Notes: generated from the letters alone by a model not told the origin. A DNA stretch of 64,000 nucleotides from an uncultured Trueperaceae bacterium (GCA_963799485.1 CAWCXJ010000006.1:672001-736000), one strand, 5' to 3'; numbered from the stretch's first letter, positions 1-10,944 are shown. Translations and numbers: made by a program.

Positions 1-1
1 C

Positions 2-964
2 GACCTTTATCCGCTCGAGCTCGACCGTTTTTTAAGCCCACGCCTCTGGGGAGGCGACCGGCTCGTGTCGTTTTTAGACCTCTCGGAACCCGGTGAGGCG
101 CTGGGCGAGGCGTGGAGCATTTACGGCGAAAACCGTATTCTTAACGGCCCGCTTCAGGGGAAAACGCTCGCCGAAGTCACTTCTGCACTGGGCGCTGAGC
201 TGATCGGCAGCGCGCCTCTGAAGCGTTACGGCGACACCTTCCCGCTCCTAGCCAAGTTCATCGACGCCGCCGACAAGCTTTCGATTCAAGTTCACCCGGA
301 CGACGCTTACGCTCACGAGCATGAAGCCGACACGGGCTTTCACGGTAAAAGCGAGGCGTGGCTGATTCTAGAAGCGGCCCCGGACGCGCACGTCATCTGG
401 GGATTCAAGGATACGCTGACGCCCGAAGCGGTGAAGCAGGCGGCGCGTGAAGAGCGGCTCGAGCCCCACCTCAACTTCGTTCCCGTAAAAGCCGGCGACG
501 TTATCTATAACCCCGCCGGAACGGTGCACGCCATCGGCGCAGGCATATTTTTGTTCGAGATTCAGCAGGCGTCGGATTTGACCTATCGGCTTTATGACTA
601 CGGGCGCAAAGACGCTTCGGACAACCTCAGAGAACTGCATCTGGACAAAGCTTTGGAGGTCGCCGACCTGACGCCCGGTGAACACGCGCACGTCACGCCT
701 AAACCTTTGGGAGACGGCAAAACCGAGCTGCTCAAAACCGAGTTTTTTGCCTTTGAACGGTGGGAAGTCTCAGGTGAGATGCAAGCATCTACGGTGCCGA
801 CGAGCGCCGACTTGCTGAGCGTTTTATCCGGTGAGCTTGCTGTGCGCGCAGGTGACACCGAAGTGACGCTCAAACAAGGCGGGTCGTGTGTGCTGCCCGC
901 TGCGCTGGGGGCGTACAGCGTTTCGGGTGAGGGTGTGGTGCTGCGCTGCTACGTTCCGGGCTAG
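2..964 (+). CDS. manA: Class I mannose-6-phosphate isomerase (cupin), 5' end outside the window
   Basis: Frame is open from base 2 (DLYPLEL..SPRLWGGDRL). PMI type I motifs: FPLLAKFIDAADKLSIQVHPDD, HGKSEAW, PAGTVHAIG, EIQQASDLTYRLYDY. Confidence 0.85.
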   Translation, partial: DLYPLELDRFLSPRLWGGDRLVSFLDLSEPGEALGEAWSIYGENRILNGPLQGKTLAEVTSALGAELIGSAPLKRYGDTFPLLAKFIDAADKLSIQVHPDDAYAHEHEADTGFHGKSEAWLILEAAPDAHVIWGFKDTLTPEAVKQAAREERLEPHLNFVPVKAGDVIYNPAGTVHAIGAGIFLFEIQQASDLTYRLYDYGRKDASDNLRELHLDKALEVADLTPGEHAHVTPKPLGDGKTELLKTEFFAFERWEVSGEMQASTVPTSADLLSVLSGELAVRAGDTEVTLKQGGSCVLPAALGAYSVSGEGVVLRCYVPG

Positions 965-986
965 GTTTTGAGCGTCGGGTTCGGCA

Positions 987-1625
987 CTAAGTTCGGCGCT
1001 GCGCGAACATCCAGGTATACAGCTCAGGCTCGCTGTAGGCTTTCGTCCAGCTGTTATGACCAACGCCGGGATAGACGGTCAGCTTGACGTTGCCCTTTGA
1101 CTTCTTAAGTGCCTCGACCATCTTCGTAGAAGCGGAGAGCGGTACTACAGCGTCGTCTGCGCCGTGAAACGCCCAGGCAGGCAGATTTTTGAGTTTGGCT
1201 GCGAGCGGCGGAATCCCACCCCCGCAAACCGGGACGAGCGCGGCAAACCGCGCCGGGTCTTTAAGGGCTAGATGCCACGCGCCGTAACCGCCCATACTGA
1301 GCCCGGTGAGATAAATACGCGTCGGGTCTACCGGATACTGCTTTTGCACTGTATTTAGGAGAGACTCGAGCCCGTTTAGCTCGAGCGTCCACCATGAGTC
1401 CGCCGTACACTGCGGCGCGACTACGAGCGCCGGTTCGGGAAACGGGTTGCGCGTCTCTAGAACATTCGGTAGGCCGTGCGCTTTGAGCTTTTCCAGATTG
1501 TCGCCGCGTTCACCCGCGCCGTGCAAAAAGAGGACAAGCGGTACGTTTACGGCGGTGTCCGGGGCGTAGAGCAGATAGGGGAGGGGCGCATCCGTTACTT
1601 TCCCCGGCGTCATTTTAGTTGCCAT
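987..1625 (-). CDS. Alpha/beta hydrolase (predicted peptidase/esterase)
   Basis: LFLHGAGERG, nucleophile elbow GLSMGG, FHGADDAVVP, GHNSW. Confidence 0.85.
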   Translation of the reverse strand: MATKMTPGKVTDAPLPYLLYAPDTAVNVPLVLFLHGAGERGDNLEKLKAHGLPNVLETRNPFPEPALVVAPQCTADSWWTLELNGLESLLNTVQKQYPVDPTRIYLTGLSMGGYGAWHLALKDPARFAALVPVCGGGIPPLAAKLKNLPAWAFHGADDAVVPLSASTKMVEALKKSKGNVKLTVYPGVGHNSWTKAYSEPELYTWMFAQRRT

Positions 1626-1693
1626 AAAACAGTCTAGCCCGTTCGGTAGCGCGTCACCGGATACTCTCGGGTACGCGGCGTTAGGCTAAGAGG

Positions 1694-3469
1694 GTGACGT
1701 CGCAGCAGCAAATCACCCCAAAAAACGCCCTTAACCGGCTCTGGCAGATGGTTCGCCCGCGCTGGCACCAGGCGGCGGGGTTGTCGCTACTCCTGACCCT
1801 GACTGCCGCGCTCAGCGCAATCTGGCCGAAGTTCGTGCAGTTCACCATCGACGTGCTGATTCCCAGGGCCGACGCGCGGCTTTTTTGGCTCGCGGGTGCC
1901 GGGGCTGTGCTCTTTTATATCTTCTCGGCGTGGCTCGGTTACGTGGCGATGTACTATTCGTATGCCTTTACCCAAACGGTGATTTCCGAGACGCGGCTTT
2001 CCGCTTACGGTCGTTTGTTGACGCTGCCGCTGACCCGCTTTACGCAGGAGCGTTCGGGTTCGCTGGTGTCTAGGGTCGTCTCGGACGTCAACGCTTTGGA
2101 GACCATGATTCAGTCGGGCGCGTCACGGCTTTTAGGGCAGCTTTTCAGCGTCGTGATTATCCTGATTATCTTGTTTTTTACCAACTGGCAACTCGCGCTG
2201 ATTGCCCTGGTGATTACCGCAGCGATGGCGTATACAACCGGGTATTACCAGGGGTCGCTGCGCGCGTCGGCGCGGGGCATCCGGCAGCGCGTCGGCGAGC
2301 TGACGGCTACGGCGTCGGAAGCTATCAGCAACATCGGCGTGGTTAAAAGCTTTGCCAACGAACCCTTAGAGTTTCGCCGCTTCGCCGCCGACAACGACAC
2401 GTATGTCGAGCTGAACTTGGAGCGCCGTAAACAAGTCGGGTACATGGAAGCGTTCGTCGGGCTCTCGGCAGACTTGGGACTCGCCGCCGTCCTCGTTTTC
2501 GGCGGCTACCTCGTGTCACGTCAAGACCTGACCGTCGGGCAACTTTCGGCGTTTTTGCTCTACCTGGGCAGTCTGATTGGCCCGGTACGTTCGGTTATGT
2601 TCTTTAACAACGCGCTCCAGGCGGGTTTAGCGGCTTTAGAGCGGGTTGACGCCCTGATTCAAGACCGGCCCGAAGGCGGCGGCAGCCGGACCGAACCGGG
2701 GACAGGTGAGGTAGGGCTTACGTTTCAAAACGTCTCGTTCGCTTACCCGGAAGGCCGGGATAACGCCCTGAACGACCTGAGCTTTACGGTTTTACCGGGG
2801 CAAACTGTGGCGCTTGTCGGGCCTTCAGGCGCGGGCAAGAGTACTATTGCCAAACTCGTCAGCCGCCTCTACGACCCGGACACGGGCGCGGTAGAACTCG
2901 GCGGGTTCGATCTGCGCGATTACGATCTCGCGGCGCTCCGCAGCCGGGTCGCGGTCGTCCCGCAAGAACCGACGCTCTTTTCGGGGTCGGTGCGCGACAA
3001 CATCCGCTACGCCAAACCGGAAGCCGGCGACGCCGAGGTCGAGGAGGCGGCCCGACTTGCCAACGCCACCGGGTTTATAGAGGCGCTGCCGTTCGGGTTT
3101 GAAACCGAAATCGGTGAACGCGGCGTCAAGCTTTCAGGCGGGCAAAAACAGCGTCTGGCGATTGCGCGGGCGCTGCTCAAGGAAACGTCGGTGCTGATTC
3201 TTGATGAGGCGACGAGCAGCTTGGACGCCGAATCCGAGCGGGTGATTCAGGACGCGCTGGCAGGCTTGTTCGAGGAGCGTATGGGCGTCACGACGCTGAT
3301 TATCGCGCACCGGCTTTCGACGGTGCAGGGTGCGGACAAGATATTCGTGCTGAGTGAAGGTCGTTTAGCCGAACAGGGGACGCACCGCGAACTGCTCCTT
3401 CAGCGCGGGCTTTACCGCAGGCTTTACGATTTGCAGCGTGATGACGCGGTGGCGCTGCCTTTTGATTAG
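1694..3469 (+). CDS. ABC exporter, fused permease/ATPase (MsbA/MdlB-like)
   Basis: Hydrophobic N-terminal half; Walker A GPSGAGKST, signature LSGGQKQR, Walker B ILDEATSSLD. Confidence 0.93.
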   Translation: MTSQQQITPKNALNRLWQMVRPRWHQAAGLSLLLTLTAALSAIWPKFVQFTIDVLIPRADARLFWLAGAGAVLFYIFSAWLGYVAMYYSYAFTQTVISETRLSAYGRLLTLPLTRFTQERSGSLVSRVVSDVNALETMIQSGASRLLGQLFSVVIILIILFFTNWQLALIALVITAAMAYTTGYYQGSLRASARGIRQRVGELTATASEAISNIGVVKSFANEPLEFRRFAADNDTYVELNLERRKQVGYMEAFVGLSADLGLAAVLVFGGYLVSRQDLTVGQLSAFLLYLGSLIGPVRSVMFFNNALQAGLAALERVDALIQDRPEGGGSRTEPGTGEVGLTFQNVSFAYPEGRDNALNDLSFTVLPGQTVALVGPSGAGKSTIAKLVSRLYDPDTGAVELGGFDLRDYDLAALRSRVAVVPQEPTLFSGSVRDNIRYAKPEAGDAEVEEAARLANATGFIEALPFGFETEIGERGVKLSGGQKQRLAIARALLKETSVLILDEATSSLDAESERVIQDALAGLFEERMGVTTLIIAHRLSTVQGADKIFVLSEGRLAEQGTHRELLLQRGLYRRLYDLQRDDAVALPFD

Positions 3470-3595
3470 TTTAACCGCGTTATGTTGACCTTTGCGGTTC
3501 GTAAAACTGTTTTTTATGCAAGCCGCCGCCTGACGCCCACTCGCAGTCTTTTTGCTCGGCCTCGAGCCTTCCAGTCACCTTTCACCTATCGGTAG

Positions 3596-4336
3596 ATGAA
3601 ACGCTTTCGCCGCGCCCTGCTCCTTATCCTGCTCTTCGTGTTCGCCTTCGCTGCCGGACGGCTTTATCCCGTCGTGCGTCGCTCCCCACTTATCCCCAAC
3701 CAAGACGCCGTAGTTGCCGGAATCGGCCCCACGCAGGTTCCGGTCTCGTACGATCCGGATTTGGGCGGGTTTATCGACGTTGGGCCGCGAGACTTCACCA
3801 CGCTTTTCATCTTTTACCCCGGCGGCCTGGTACGCCCGCAAGCCTATACCTGGCTCGGGGTAGCGCTGGCACCCCTCGGGGTTCGGACGCTGATTCCGGT
3901 GTTCCCGGCTGATCTCGCTGTGACTGCGGCGAACCGCGCTGATAAGCTTTTGCCCTTAGCTGAAGGCAAACCCGTCGTTCTGGGCGGTCATTCGCTCGGC
4001 GGGGCGATGGCGGCGCGTTATCTGGTGCGGCGTCCGGACGCGGCGACCGGCCTGGTGCTGCTGGGAGCCTACAGCGCAAACGGTGACGACCTGAGCGCGT
4101 TGCCCTTAGACGTGCTGGTACTCGCTGCCGAAAACGATGGGCTGGCCTCTGTGCAAGAGGTGCGTGCTGGTATGACAAGGCTTCCCGAGTCAGCACAGCT
4201 GAGCGTTATCGACGGTTCGGTGCACAGTTTTTTCGGGCGTTACGGGCCGCAAGCAGGCGACGGGCTGCCGGGTGTAACCCGCGCCGCCGCCGAGCGTCAG
4301 ATTATCGGGGTGCTGCGGGCGTTTTTTAGAGAGTAA
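3596..4336 (+). CDS. Membrane-anchored alpha/beta hydrolase (Abhydrolase_5-like)
   Basis: N-terminal hydrophobic segment, FYPGGLV, GHSLGG, HSFFGRYGPQAGDG. Confidence 0.85.
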   Translation: MKRFRRALLLILLFVFAFAAGRLYPVVRRSPLIPNQDAVVAGIGPTQVPVSYDPDLGGFIDVGPRDFTTLFIFYPGGLVRPQAYTWLGVALAPLGVRTLIPVFPADLAVTAANRADKLLPLAEGKPVVLGGHSLGGAMAARYLVRRPDAATGLVLLGAYSANGDDLSALPLDVLVLAAENDGLASVQEVRAGMTRLPESAQLSVIDGSVHSFFGRYGPQAGDGLPGVTRAAAERQIIGVLRAFFRE

Positions 4337-4345
4337 ACTTGAGCT

Positions 4346-5023
4346 ATGGATACCGCTTCACTCATCAAACAAGCCACTGAACATGCCGAGCTGCTAAACC
4401 ACTGGGCCGCGTCGCTGCCGGAACTCGAGCTGGGGAGCCTCGAGCCCGCCCGAACTGCCCTGGTCAGCGTCGACGTGATCGAAGGCTTTACCCGTCAAGG
4501 TGCCCTCGCGAGCCCCCGCGTTACGGCGATTGTGCCGAACATCGTAACTTTGTTGGACAATCTGGACAGTCTGGGCGTCCCTGCGTCGCAGATTGCTTTT
4601 GTCCAGGACGCCCACCCGCAAGACGCCGAGGAGTTTACGGCGTATCCCCCGCACTGCATAGAAGGTACCCCTGAAGCTGAAGCGGTCAGCGAGTTGCAAA
4701 CGCTGCCGAACTGGGCGCAGTATCGTCACTTTGAAAAAAACAGCATCGCCAGCCATACGAGCGAAGGGTTTAATACTTGGCTCGAGGCTCAAGCTGTACA
4801 TACCATCATCGCCGTCGGCGACGTGACCGACCTCTGCCTCTACACGCTCGCGCTGCACCTGCAAGTCCGCACCCTGGCGCGCGGTTTGGGTCAGCGCATC
4901 ATCGTTCCCGAGCCCTGCACGCAAACCTGGGACGCACCCGACCACCCCGGTGACCTCTATCACCTGCTGTTTTTGTATCAGCTGGCGCGTAACGGCGTCG
5001 AGGTCGTCCGCGCGCTGCGTTGA
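4346..5023 (+). CDS. Isochorismatase/nicotinamidase-family cysteine hydrolase
   Basis: VDVIEGF, QDAH, YPPHCIEGT, EKNS, VGDVTDLC. Confidence 0.85.
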   Translation: MDTASLIKQATEHAELLNHWAASLPELELGSLEPARTALVSVDVIEGFTRQGALASPRVTAIVPNIVTLLDNLDSLGVPASQIAFVQDAHPQDAEEFTAYPPHCIEGTPEAEAVSELQTLPNWAQYRHFEKNSIASHTSEGFNTWLEAQAVHTIIAVGDVTDLCLYTLALHLQVRTLARGLGQRIIVPEPCTQTWDAPDHPGDLYHLLFLYQLARNGVEVVRALR

Positions 5024-5421
5024 CCTGTTTGACAGATGAGTTTGGTCAGTAGTTCGGACGCTTTTGGGAAAGTACGTCGGGAACGACATTTTTCTAAAAG
5101 GGAACCCAACAAAGATTTACGTCACAGAGAAAAATTAGAGTTTACGGCGAACCCTGCCCAAAGTGTTGTTCAGCTAAAGCATGGTTGTGAAGGGACGCTT
5201 TTGGCTCGAGCTTTTCTGACAGTCCTGCCTGTATAAGGTTAAATCCCTCGTCAAACCCACCTTGAAAAACGCTATTTTACGGCGAGCACGTTTTGTACGG
5301 CAAGAAAAACCGGCGTGAAAATGTGCGTTTTGCACATTCTATAACCCGATTGGATTTGTAGACTTATCAGGTTGTTCAGACCGGGCGCTGTGTTCGGTAC
5401 ATAACGGTTTGAAAGGCATCT

Positions 5422-7188
5422 ATGGGTTGGGAAGCTTGGGTTAGTGTCGGCGTTATCATTCTTAATATCTTGCTGCTTGTATTGACGCGTATCGGCGCGG
5501 ACATCGTACTCGTTTCGGGGGTGACGGTGCTTTTGCTGCTCGGCATCTTGTCCCCGACCGACGCTTTATCCGGGCTTGCTAACGAGGGCATGGTGACGGT
5601 CGGGGTGTTGTACGTCGTGGTTGCGGGACTCCGCGAAACAGGCGGCGTAAACTGGCTCGGTCAACAGCTTTTCGGTCGGCCCAAGTCGCTTGCCGGGGCG
5701 CAGTTTCGGCTGATGGCCCCGATTGCAGCGCTGAGCGCGGTGCTAAACAACACGCCGCTGGTCGCGATGATGATTCCGGCGGTGTCGGACTGGGCCAAAC
5801 GCAACCGTTTTTCAGCCTCGAGGCTCATGATTCCGCTCTCTTACGCCGCGATTCTGGGCGGCACGATGTCTCTTATCGGGACAAGTACCAACCTGGTGGT
5901 CAACGGACTTTTGCTCGAGCAAACCCCGGTTCGTTTCGGGCTTTTCGATATCGCCTGGGTCGGGCTGCCGAGTGCGCTCGTCGGCATCGGCTTTATCGTG
6001 CTCGTCGGACGCTGGCTTTTGCCCGACCGGAGTTCGGTGATCGACCAGCAGGGCGACCCACGCGAGTACACCCTCGAGATGCTCGTCGAAACAGGCGGCC
6101 CGCTTGCCGGCAAGAGCATCGAGGAAGCCGGACTCCGCAGCCTGCCGCAGCTTTACTTAGCCGAAATCGGACGCGGCGACCGTGTGATTCCGGCTGTCGG
6201 GCCGCAAGAGGTCTTGCAAGGCGGCGACCGGCTCGTGTTTGTCGGCGTGGTCGAATCGGTCGTTGACCTCAATAAAATTCGCGGGCTGATACCTGCGCCT
6301 GATCAGGTCGCCAAACTTACGACGCCGCGTTCGCAGCGTTCGCTCATCGAAGCGGTCGTCTCGAGCAGTTCGCCTTTGGTGAATAAAAGCGTCCGCGCCG
6401 GGGGTTTTCGCACCGTCTATAACGCCGTAATTATCGCTGTGGCGCGTAACGGCGAGCGGCTCAATCAGAAAATCGGCGATATTGTCTTGCAAGTTGGCGA
6501 TACGCTGTTGCTCGAGGCTCCCCCAAGCTTTACCCGTACCCACCGCAACTCGCGAGATTTTTTTCTGGTCAGCCAGGTCGCCAACTCGACCCCGCCGCGC
6601 CACGAACGCTCGGTCGTTGCCTTCGCCATTCTTATCGGGATGATTTTGCTCGTTACCTTCAACGTGCTGAGCATGTTGCAAGCGTCGCTGCTCGCCGCCG
6701 GCCTGATGCTCCTGACCCGCTGCATTTCCGGAACGACGGCGCGGCGCAGTGTGGACTGGCAGGTTTTAATCGTCATCGCTGCGTCGTTCGGGTTAGGGAA
6801 GGCGCTCGAGGTCACCGGCGCAGCGCAGGTGATCGCCGGGTCTTTGGTTGAGGTGGCCGGGGGCAACGCCTACCTGAGCCTTATTATCATCTACTTCGTT
6901 ACCATGCTTTTTACCGAGATGATTACGAATAACGGTGCGGCGGTCTTGATGTTTCCTATCGCCCTGGCGACCGCCAACGGTTTAGATGCGAACTTTGCCA
7001 CCTTTGCCATCGCCATTATGATGGCGGCCTCGGCGAGCTTTTCAACCCCCATCGGCTACCAAACCAACCTGATGGTTTACGGCCCCGGCGGCTACCGCTT
7101 TACCGATTACTTCCGTATCGGCATCCCGATGAACCTGCTGATGGCGCTCGTCACGCTGCTGATCGCCCCCCTGATTTGGCCGTTGTAA
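5422..7188 (+). CDS. SLC13/DASS-family permease with two TrkA-C (RCK_C) domains
   Basis: LNNTPLVAM, GGTMSLIGTSTNLVV, TPIGYQTNLMVYGPGGYRFTD; central soluble RCK_C-like repeats. Confidence 0.9.
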   Translation: MGWEAWVSVGVIILNILLLVLTRIGADIVLVSGVTVLLLLGILSPTDALSGLANEGMVTVGVLYVVVAGLRETGGVNWLGQQLFGRPKSLAGAQFRLMAPIAALSAVLNNTPLVAMMIPAVSDWAKRNRFSASRLMIPLSYAAILGGTMSLIGTSTNLVVNGLLLEQTPVRFGLFDIAWVGLPSALVGIGFIVLVGRWLLPDRSSVIDQQGDPREYTLEMLVETGGPLAGKSIEEAGLRSLPQLYLAEIGRGDRVIPAVGPQEVLQGGDRLVFVGVVESVVDLNKIRGLIPAPDQVAKLTTPRSQRSLIEAVVSSSSPLVNKSVRAGGFRTVYNAVIIAVARNGERLNQKIGDIVLQVGDTLLLEAPPSFTRTHRNSRDFFLVSQVANSTPPRHERSVVAFAILIGMILLVTFNVLSMLQASLLAAGLMLLTRCISGTTARRSVDWQVLIVIAASFGLGKALEVTGAAQVIAGSLVEVAGGNAYLSLIIIYFVTMLFTEMITNNGAAVLMFPIALATANGLDANFATFAIAIMMAASASFSTPIGYQTNLMVYGPGGYRFTDYFRIGIPMNLLMALVTLLIAPLIWPL

Positions 7189-7206
7189 AGCAGTAACGAG
7201 TTAAAA

Positions 7207-7257
7207 GCAACGAGCGGTGAGTGAGCAAGCTTTCGACTTCACTCATTGCTCGTTGCC
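7207..7257. terminator. Hairpin between convergent genes (probable bidirectional terminator or REP-like element)
   Basis: GCAACGAGCGGTGAGTGA pairs with TCACTCATTGCTCGTTGC; related copy at 41244-41281. Confidence 0.6.
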
Positions 7258-7270
7258 GGGTACTCGGTAC

Positions 7271-7756
7271 TCAGTAGTAGACACTGATGGTTCCGTTTGT
7301 AAGCTCGATACGCTCTTGTTGACTCACCAACACCCCGCCTGAAAGCGACGCGCCGATATAGTAGGTCGGCTGCGTAATAAGGTCGGCTAGCGTGCTACCG
7401 TACTCCGGCCCACCGATAAGCACCTCTTGTGAGACACCGGGCGTAAGTGTCAGGGGCCCGGAGAGCGGCAGATCAACCGCTGAAGGTAGAACGCAAGGTG
7501 TTGAAGGTGCAGTGGTACGACCATAAACCGTCACAGTTGCGCTACTTGTCCCTACCGAGGTGTACGTCGCCGTTGCACGGTAGTTGGCTCCACTAAACCC
7601 TACCGGAGCTGTTTCGGTTACTGGAGACGGTGTGTAGCAAACAAGCCCGTAACTGCTGTTGCCGGGAATCTCGACGTCGGGAACGCCGATACGGATAGGA
7701 GCAAACGAGCATCCGCCTAGGAGCGTCAACATAATACCTAAAAGGAAACGTTTCAT
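7271..7756 (-). CDS. Hypothetical lipoprotein
   Basis: Signal peptide with lipobox MKRFLLGIMLTLLGGC. Confidence 0.75.
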   Translation of the reverse strand: MKRFLLGIMLTLLGGCSFAPIRIGVPDVEIPGNSSYGLVCYTPSPVTETAPVGFSGANYRATATYTSVGTSSATVTVYGRTTAPSTPCVLPSAVDLPLSGPLTLTPGVSQEVLIGGPEYGSTLADLITQPTYYIGASLSGGVLVSQQERIELTNGTISVYY

Positions 7757-7815
7757 TCTCTATATTAAAACCCCCGGCTGGACAAACTGCCGAGGGGCGC
7801 ACACCAGGGTGAGGT

Positions 7816-10212
7816 CTAGAGCTGAGCTGAAGGGGAAACCGAGTCGTCGGGCGTCGGCGGGATAAAGCTGCCCTGCGCGCCCTCTTCTAGGAGCATCAGT
7901 TTGACGACTTCACTGAAATCTTTGACCGGGGTCACGGTCAGGTCGTCTAAAATCGCGTCGGGAACGTCTTCCAAGTTGGCTTCGTTCGCTTCCGGAATAA
8001 TGACGTGCTTGATCCCGGCCTGGTGCGCGGCTAAGAGTTTTTCCTTGACGCCGCCGATGGGCAAGACGCGCCCGCGCAGGGTAATCTCGCCGGTCATCGC
8101 CACGTCGCCCCTCGCAGGCCGCCCGGTCAGCGCCGAGACGACCGCCGTTGCCATCGCAATTCCGGCACTTGGGCCGTCTTTAGGGGTGGCACCCTCCAAA
8201 ACATGCACGTGCAGGTCGCGCTTTTCGTGAAAGTCGGGGGAGATGTTAAAGTCCGCCGCGCGGGCCCGCAAGTAGGCGATCCCGGCCTGAGCGGACTCTT
8301 TCATCACGTCGCCGAGCTGTCCGGTGAGCGTCACTTTACCCTTACCGGGCGTGCTGAGCGCCTCGATGTCGAGCGTAACGCCGCCGACCGAGGTGTAAGC
8401 GAGGCCGTGGGCAACGCCGATTTGCGGTTCACGGTCGGCGCGGTCGTCGCGGAAGGGCGGGACGCCCAAAAGTTGCCGCACCGATTTTTCGTCCAGCGTA
8501 CGCGCGTCTTTCCAGGGGGTGCCGAGGTACTCTTTGGCCGATTTGCGCGCGAGTTTGGCGAGCGTCCGGTCTAGGTTACGCACGCCGGCCTCGCGCGTGT
8601 ACTCGGTGATGGTGCGGCGCACCGCGTCGTCGGTCAAAGTAAGCTTACCGTCCAGTCCGTGCGCCTTAAGCTGACGCGGGACGCGGTAGCGTTTGGCGAT
8701 CTCGAGCTTTTCGTCCAAGGTATAGCCCGGAATCTGAATGACTTCCATGCGGTCTAGGAGGGGCCGGGGTATCGTGGCGAGCGAGTTCGCCGTCGTAATA
8801 AACATGACTTTCGACAAGTCGTAAGGAATCTCTAGGTAGTGGTCGGCAAAAGTGTTGTTCTGCTCGGGGTCTAAAACCTCTAACAGCGCCGAAGACGGGT
8901 CGCCGCGAAAGTCGGCGGTCATCTTGTCGATTTCGTCCAAGAGAAACACCGGATTGACCTTGCCGGCGGTTTTCATACCCTGAATGATGCGCCCCGGCAG
9001 CGAGCCGATGTAGGTGCGGCGGTGTCCCCGGATTTCAGCCTCGTCGCGGACGCCACCCAAACTCATCCGCACAAAGGCGCGGTTGAGGCTTCCGGCAATC
9101 GACTTGCCGAGGCTCGTTTTACCGACGCCGGGCGGCCCGACGAGGCACAAGATCGGCGCGCGGTATTCGGTGCCTTCGATGTCTTTGGTGAGCTGCCGCA
9201 CCGCTAAAAACTCTAAAATGCGGGCTTTGGGTTCCTCGAGGGCGTAGTGGTCTTCGTTCAAGATTTTTTCGGTGTGGGCGATGTCTAAGTGTTCTTCGTC
9301 CATCTCCGACCACGGCAAATCGAGCAGCGTATCTAAATACGTGCGGACAACCGTCGCTTCGGGGCTGCCGCCGGGCATCTTCTCGAGGCGCTCGATCTCT
9401 TTGAGCGAACGTTTTTCGGCCTCTTCCGGCATGTTTTTGTCCGCTACGCGCTTTTTCAGGTCTTCGATTTCGGAGAGCGTTTCTTCGCCGCCGCCGAGTT
9501 CTTTTTGGATGGCCTTCATCTGTTCGCGCAGGTAGTATTCACGCTGATTGGCGTCCATCTGCTGTTTGACCCGCGCCGAAATCTGCTTTTCGGTATCGAA
9601 GCGGTCTAAGTCGCGGGACAAGAGGCTGTAGACGAGTTCCAAGCGTTTGTTGGCGTCGGCCTCTTCCAAGATGTTCTGCTTGTCCATGACCTCCCAGGTG
9701 CTGTACTTGGCGGTCAGGTCGGCCAAAGCGCCGGGTTCTTTGAGGCTGCGGAGGTTCTCTAAGTGAAACGAATCGAGGCGCAGGTTTTTATTCTGCTGCG
9801 CGTAGTCGCCGAACGCCGACTTGACCTGTTCGACCAAGGCGCGGGTGCGGGCCTCATCGGTGCTGGTCGTTTCGGGGAGTGTTTCGACCACCGCGCGGAG
9901 CGTCCCGCCGGGCAAAAAGTTCTTGACGCGGGCACGGTCTTTGCCTTCGACCAAAACCTGCAAGGTGTCGTCGGGCAGCCGGATAACTTGTTTGATGATG
10001 CCCAAAGTGCCGACTTCAAAAAGGTCGTCGCCGGTCGGGTCATCGACGCGGGGTTCACGCTGCGCCAATAAGAGGACGCGGTTGTCCGAGGCTTGGGCTT
10101 CCTCGAGGGCGCGTTTGGATTTAGGGCGACCGACATCGACGTTTTCAAGCGTGCGCGGCAACACCACAACGGTTCGTAAAGCGATAACAGGCAGTTCCCA
10201 TTCCATAAACAC
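7816..10212 (-). CDS. lon: Endopeptidase La (Lon protease)
   Basis: Lon N domain, GPPGVGKTS, RGHRRTYIG, catalytic PKDGPSAG, GGVKEK. Confidence 0.97.
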   Translation of the reverse strand: MFMEWELPVIALRTVVVLPRTLENVDVGRPKSKRALEEAQASDNRVLLLAQREPRVDDPTGDDLFEVGTLGIIKQVIRLPDDTLQVLVEGKDRARVKNFLPGGTLRAVVETLPETTSTDEARTRALVEQVKSAFGDYAQQNKNLRLDSFHLENLRSLKEPGALADLTAKYSTWEVMDKQNILEEADANKRLELVYSLLSRDLDRFDTEKQISARVKQQMDANQREYYLREQMKAIQKELGGGEETLSEIEDLKKRVADKNMPEEAEKRSLKEIERLEKMPGGSPEATVVRTYLDTLLDLPWSEMDEEHLDIAHTEKILNEDHYALEEPKARILEFLAVRQLTKDIEGTEYRAPILCLVGPPGVGKTSLGKSIAGSLNRAFVRMSLGGVRDEAEIRGHRRTYIGSLPGRIIQGMKTAGKVNPVFLLDEIDKMTADFRGDPSSALLEVLDPEQNNTFADHYLEIPYDLSKVMFITTANSLATIPRPLLDRMEVIQIPGYTLDEKLEIAKRYRVPRQLKAHGLDGKLTLTDDAVRRTITEYTREAGVRNLDRTLAKLARKSAKEYLGTPWKDARTLDEKSVRQLLGVPPFRDDRADREPQIGVAHGLAYTSVGGVTLDIEALSTPGKGKVTLTGQLGDVMKESAQAGIAYLRARAADFNISPDFHEKRDLHVHVLEGATPKDGPSAGIAMATAVVSALTGRPARGDVAMTGEITLRGRVLPIGGVKEKLLAAHQAGIKHVIIPEANEANLEDVPDAILDDLTVTPVKDFSEVVKLMLLEEGAQGSFIPPTPDDSVSPSAQL

Positions 10213-10330
10213 AAGTAAACAGCACGCGTGCAGTCTTTACCGTAAGGTGGCTGACGCGACCCGAAAACACGGCTGCCGGTAAAGGGCTGTGCCTTACGGC
10301 GCTGCTTCGGTGCTTTGGTTAGGCTGGAGC

Positions 10331-10944
10331 ATGGAAGCACTTATTATCGGCGCAGGCGGCGGCATCGGCTCAGCTTTAGTTAAGGTGTCAAAGATTACGA
10401 AATAACGTTGGTGGGCCGTAACGCCCGTAAATTGCCAGGGCTCAGGGGTCAAGTGGTGCCGACGGACGTAACGAGCGAACTCGAGGTCGAAGCCCTGTTC
10501 GCCGATCTGCCGCCTCAAGACCTCATCGTCTACGCTGCCGGGGACGTCGAGCCCGAACCGCTCCGCAGCACCTCTGCCGATAGCTGGAACCGCGTCATGG
10601 ACGCGAACCTGACCGGACTTTTCTATACCCTCAAGTACGCCGACGGTAAGCTCAGTGAAGGCGCACGTATCTTCGTTCTGGGGGCGCGCCCGGAACTCGT
10701 GACCTTCCGGGGATTTGGAGCCTACGCCGCAGCCAAAGCAGGCGTCGCGGCGCTCGTCAAGGTCGCCGCGCAGGAATATAAGCGCAAGGCGTCCTTGACG
10801 CTCGTCTTGCCCAAAGCTGTCGATACGGGGTTTTGGGCAAATGTCGGTAAGGTGCCTAAAGATGCGCTCGAGCCCGGAGCGGTCGCCGAAGCTATTGTTA
10901 AAAGCCTCGCGGGGGAGCCTGAAGACGAGTTGAAAGTTGGGTAA
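10331..10944 (+). pseudogene. Short-chain dehydrogenase (SDR) with a 1-nt frameshift near 10385-10390
   Basis: ATG 10331 gives MEALIIGAGGGIGSALVK (Rossmann motif), then a stop. The rest (KDYEITLVGRN..YAAAKA) is in another frame. Confidence 0.75.
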
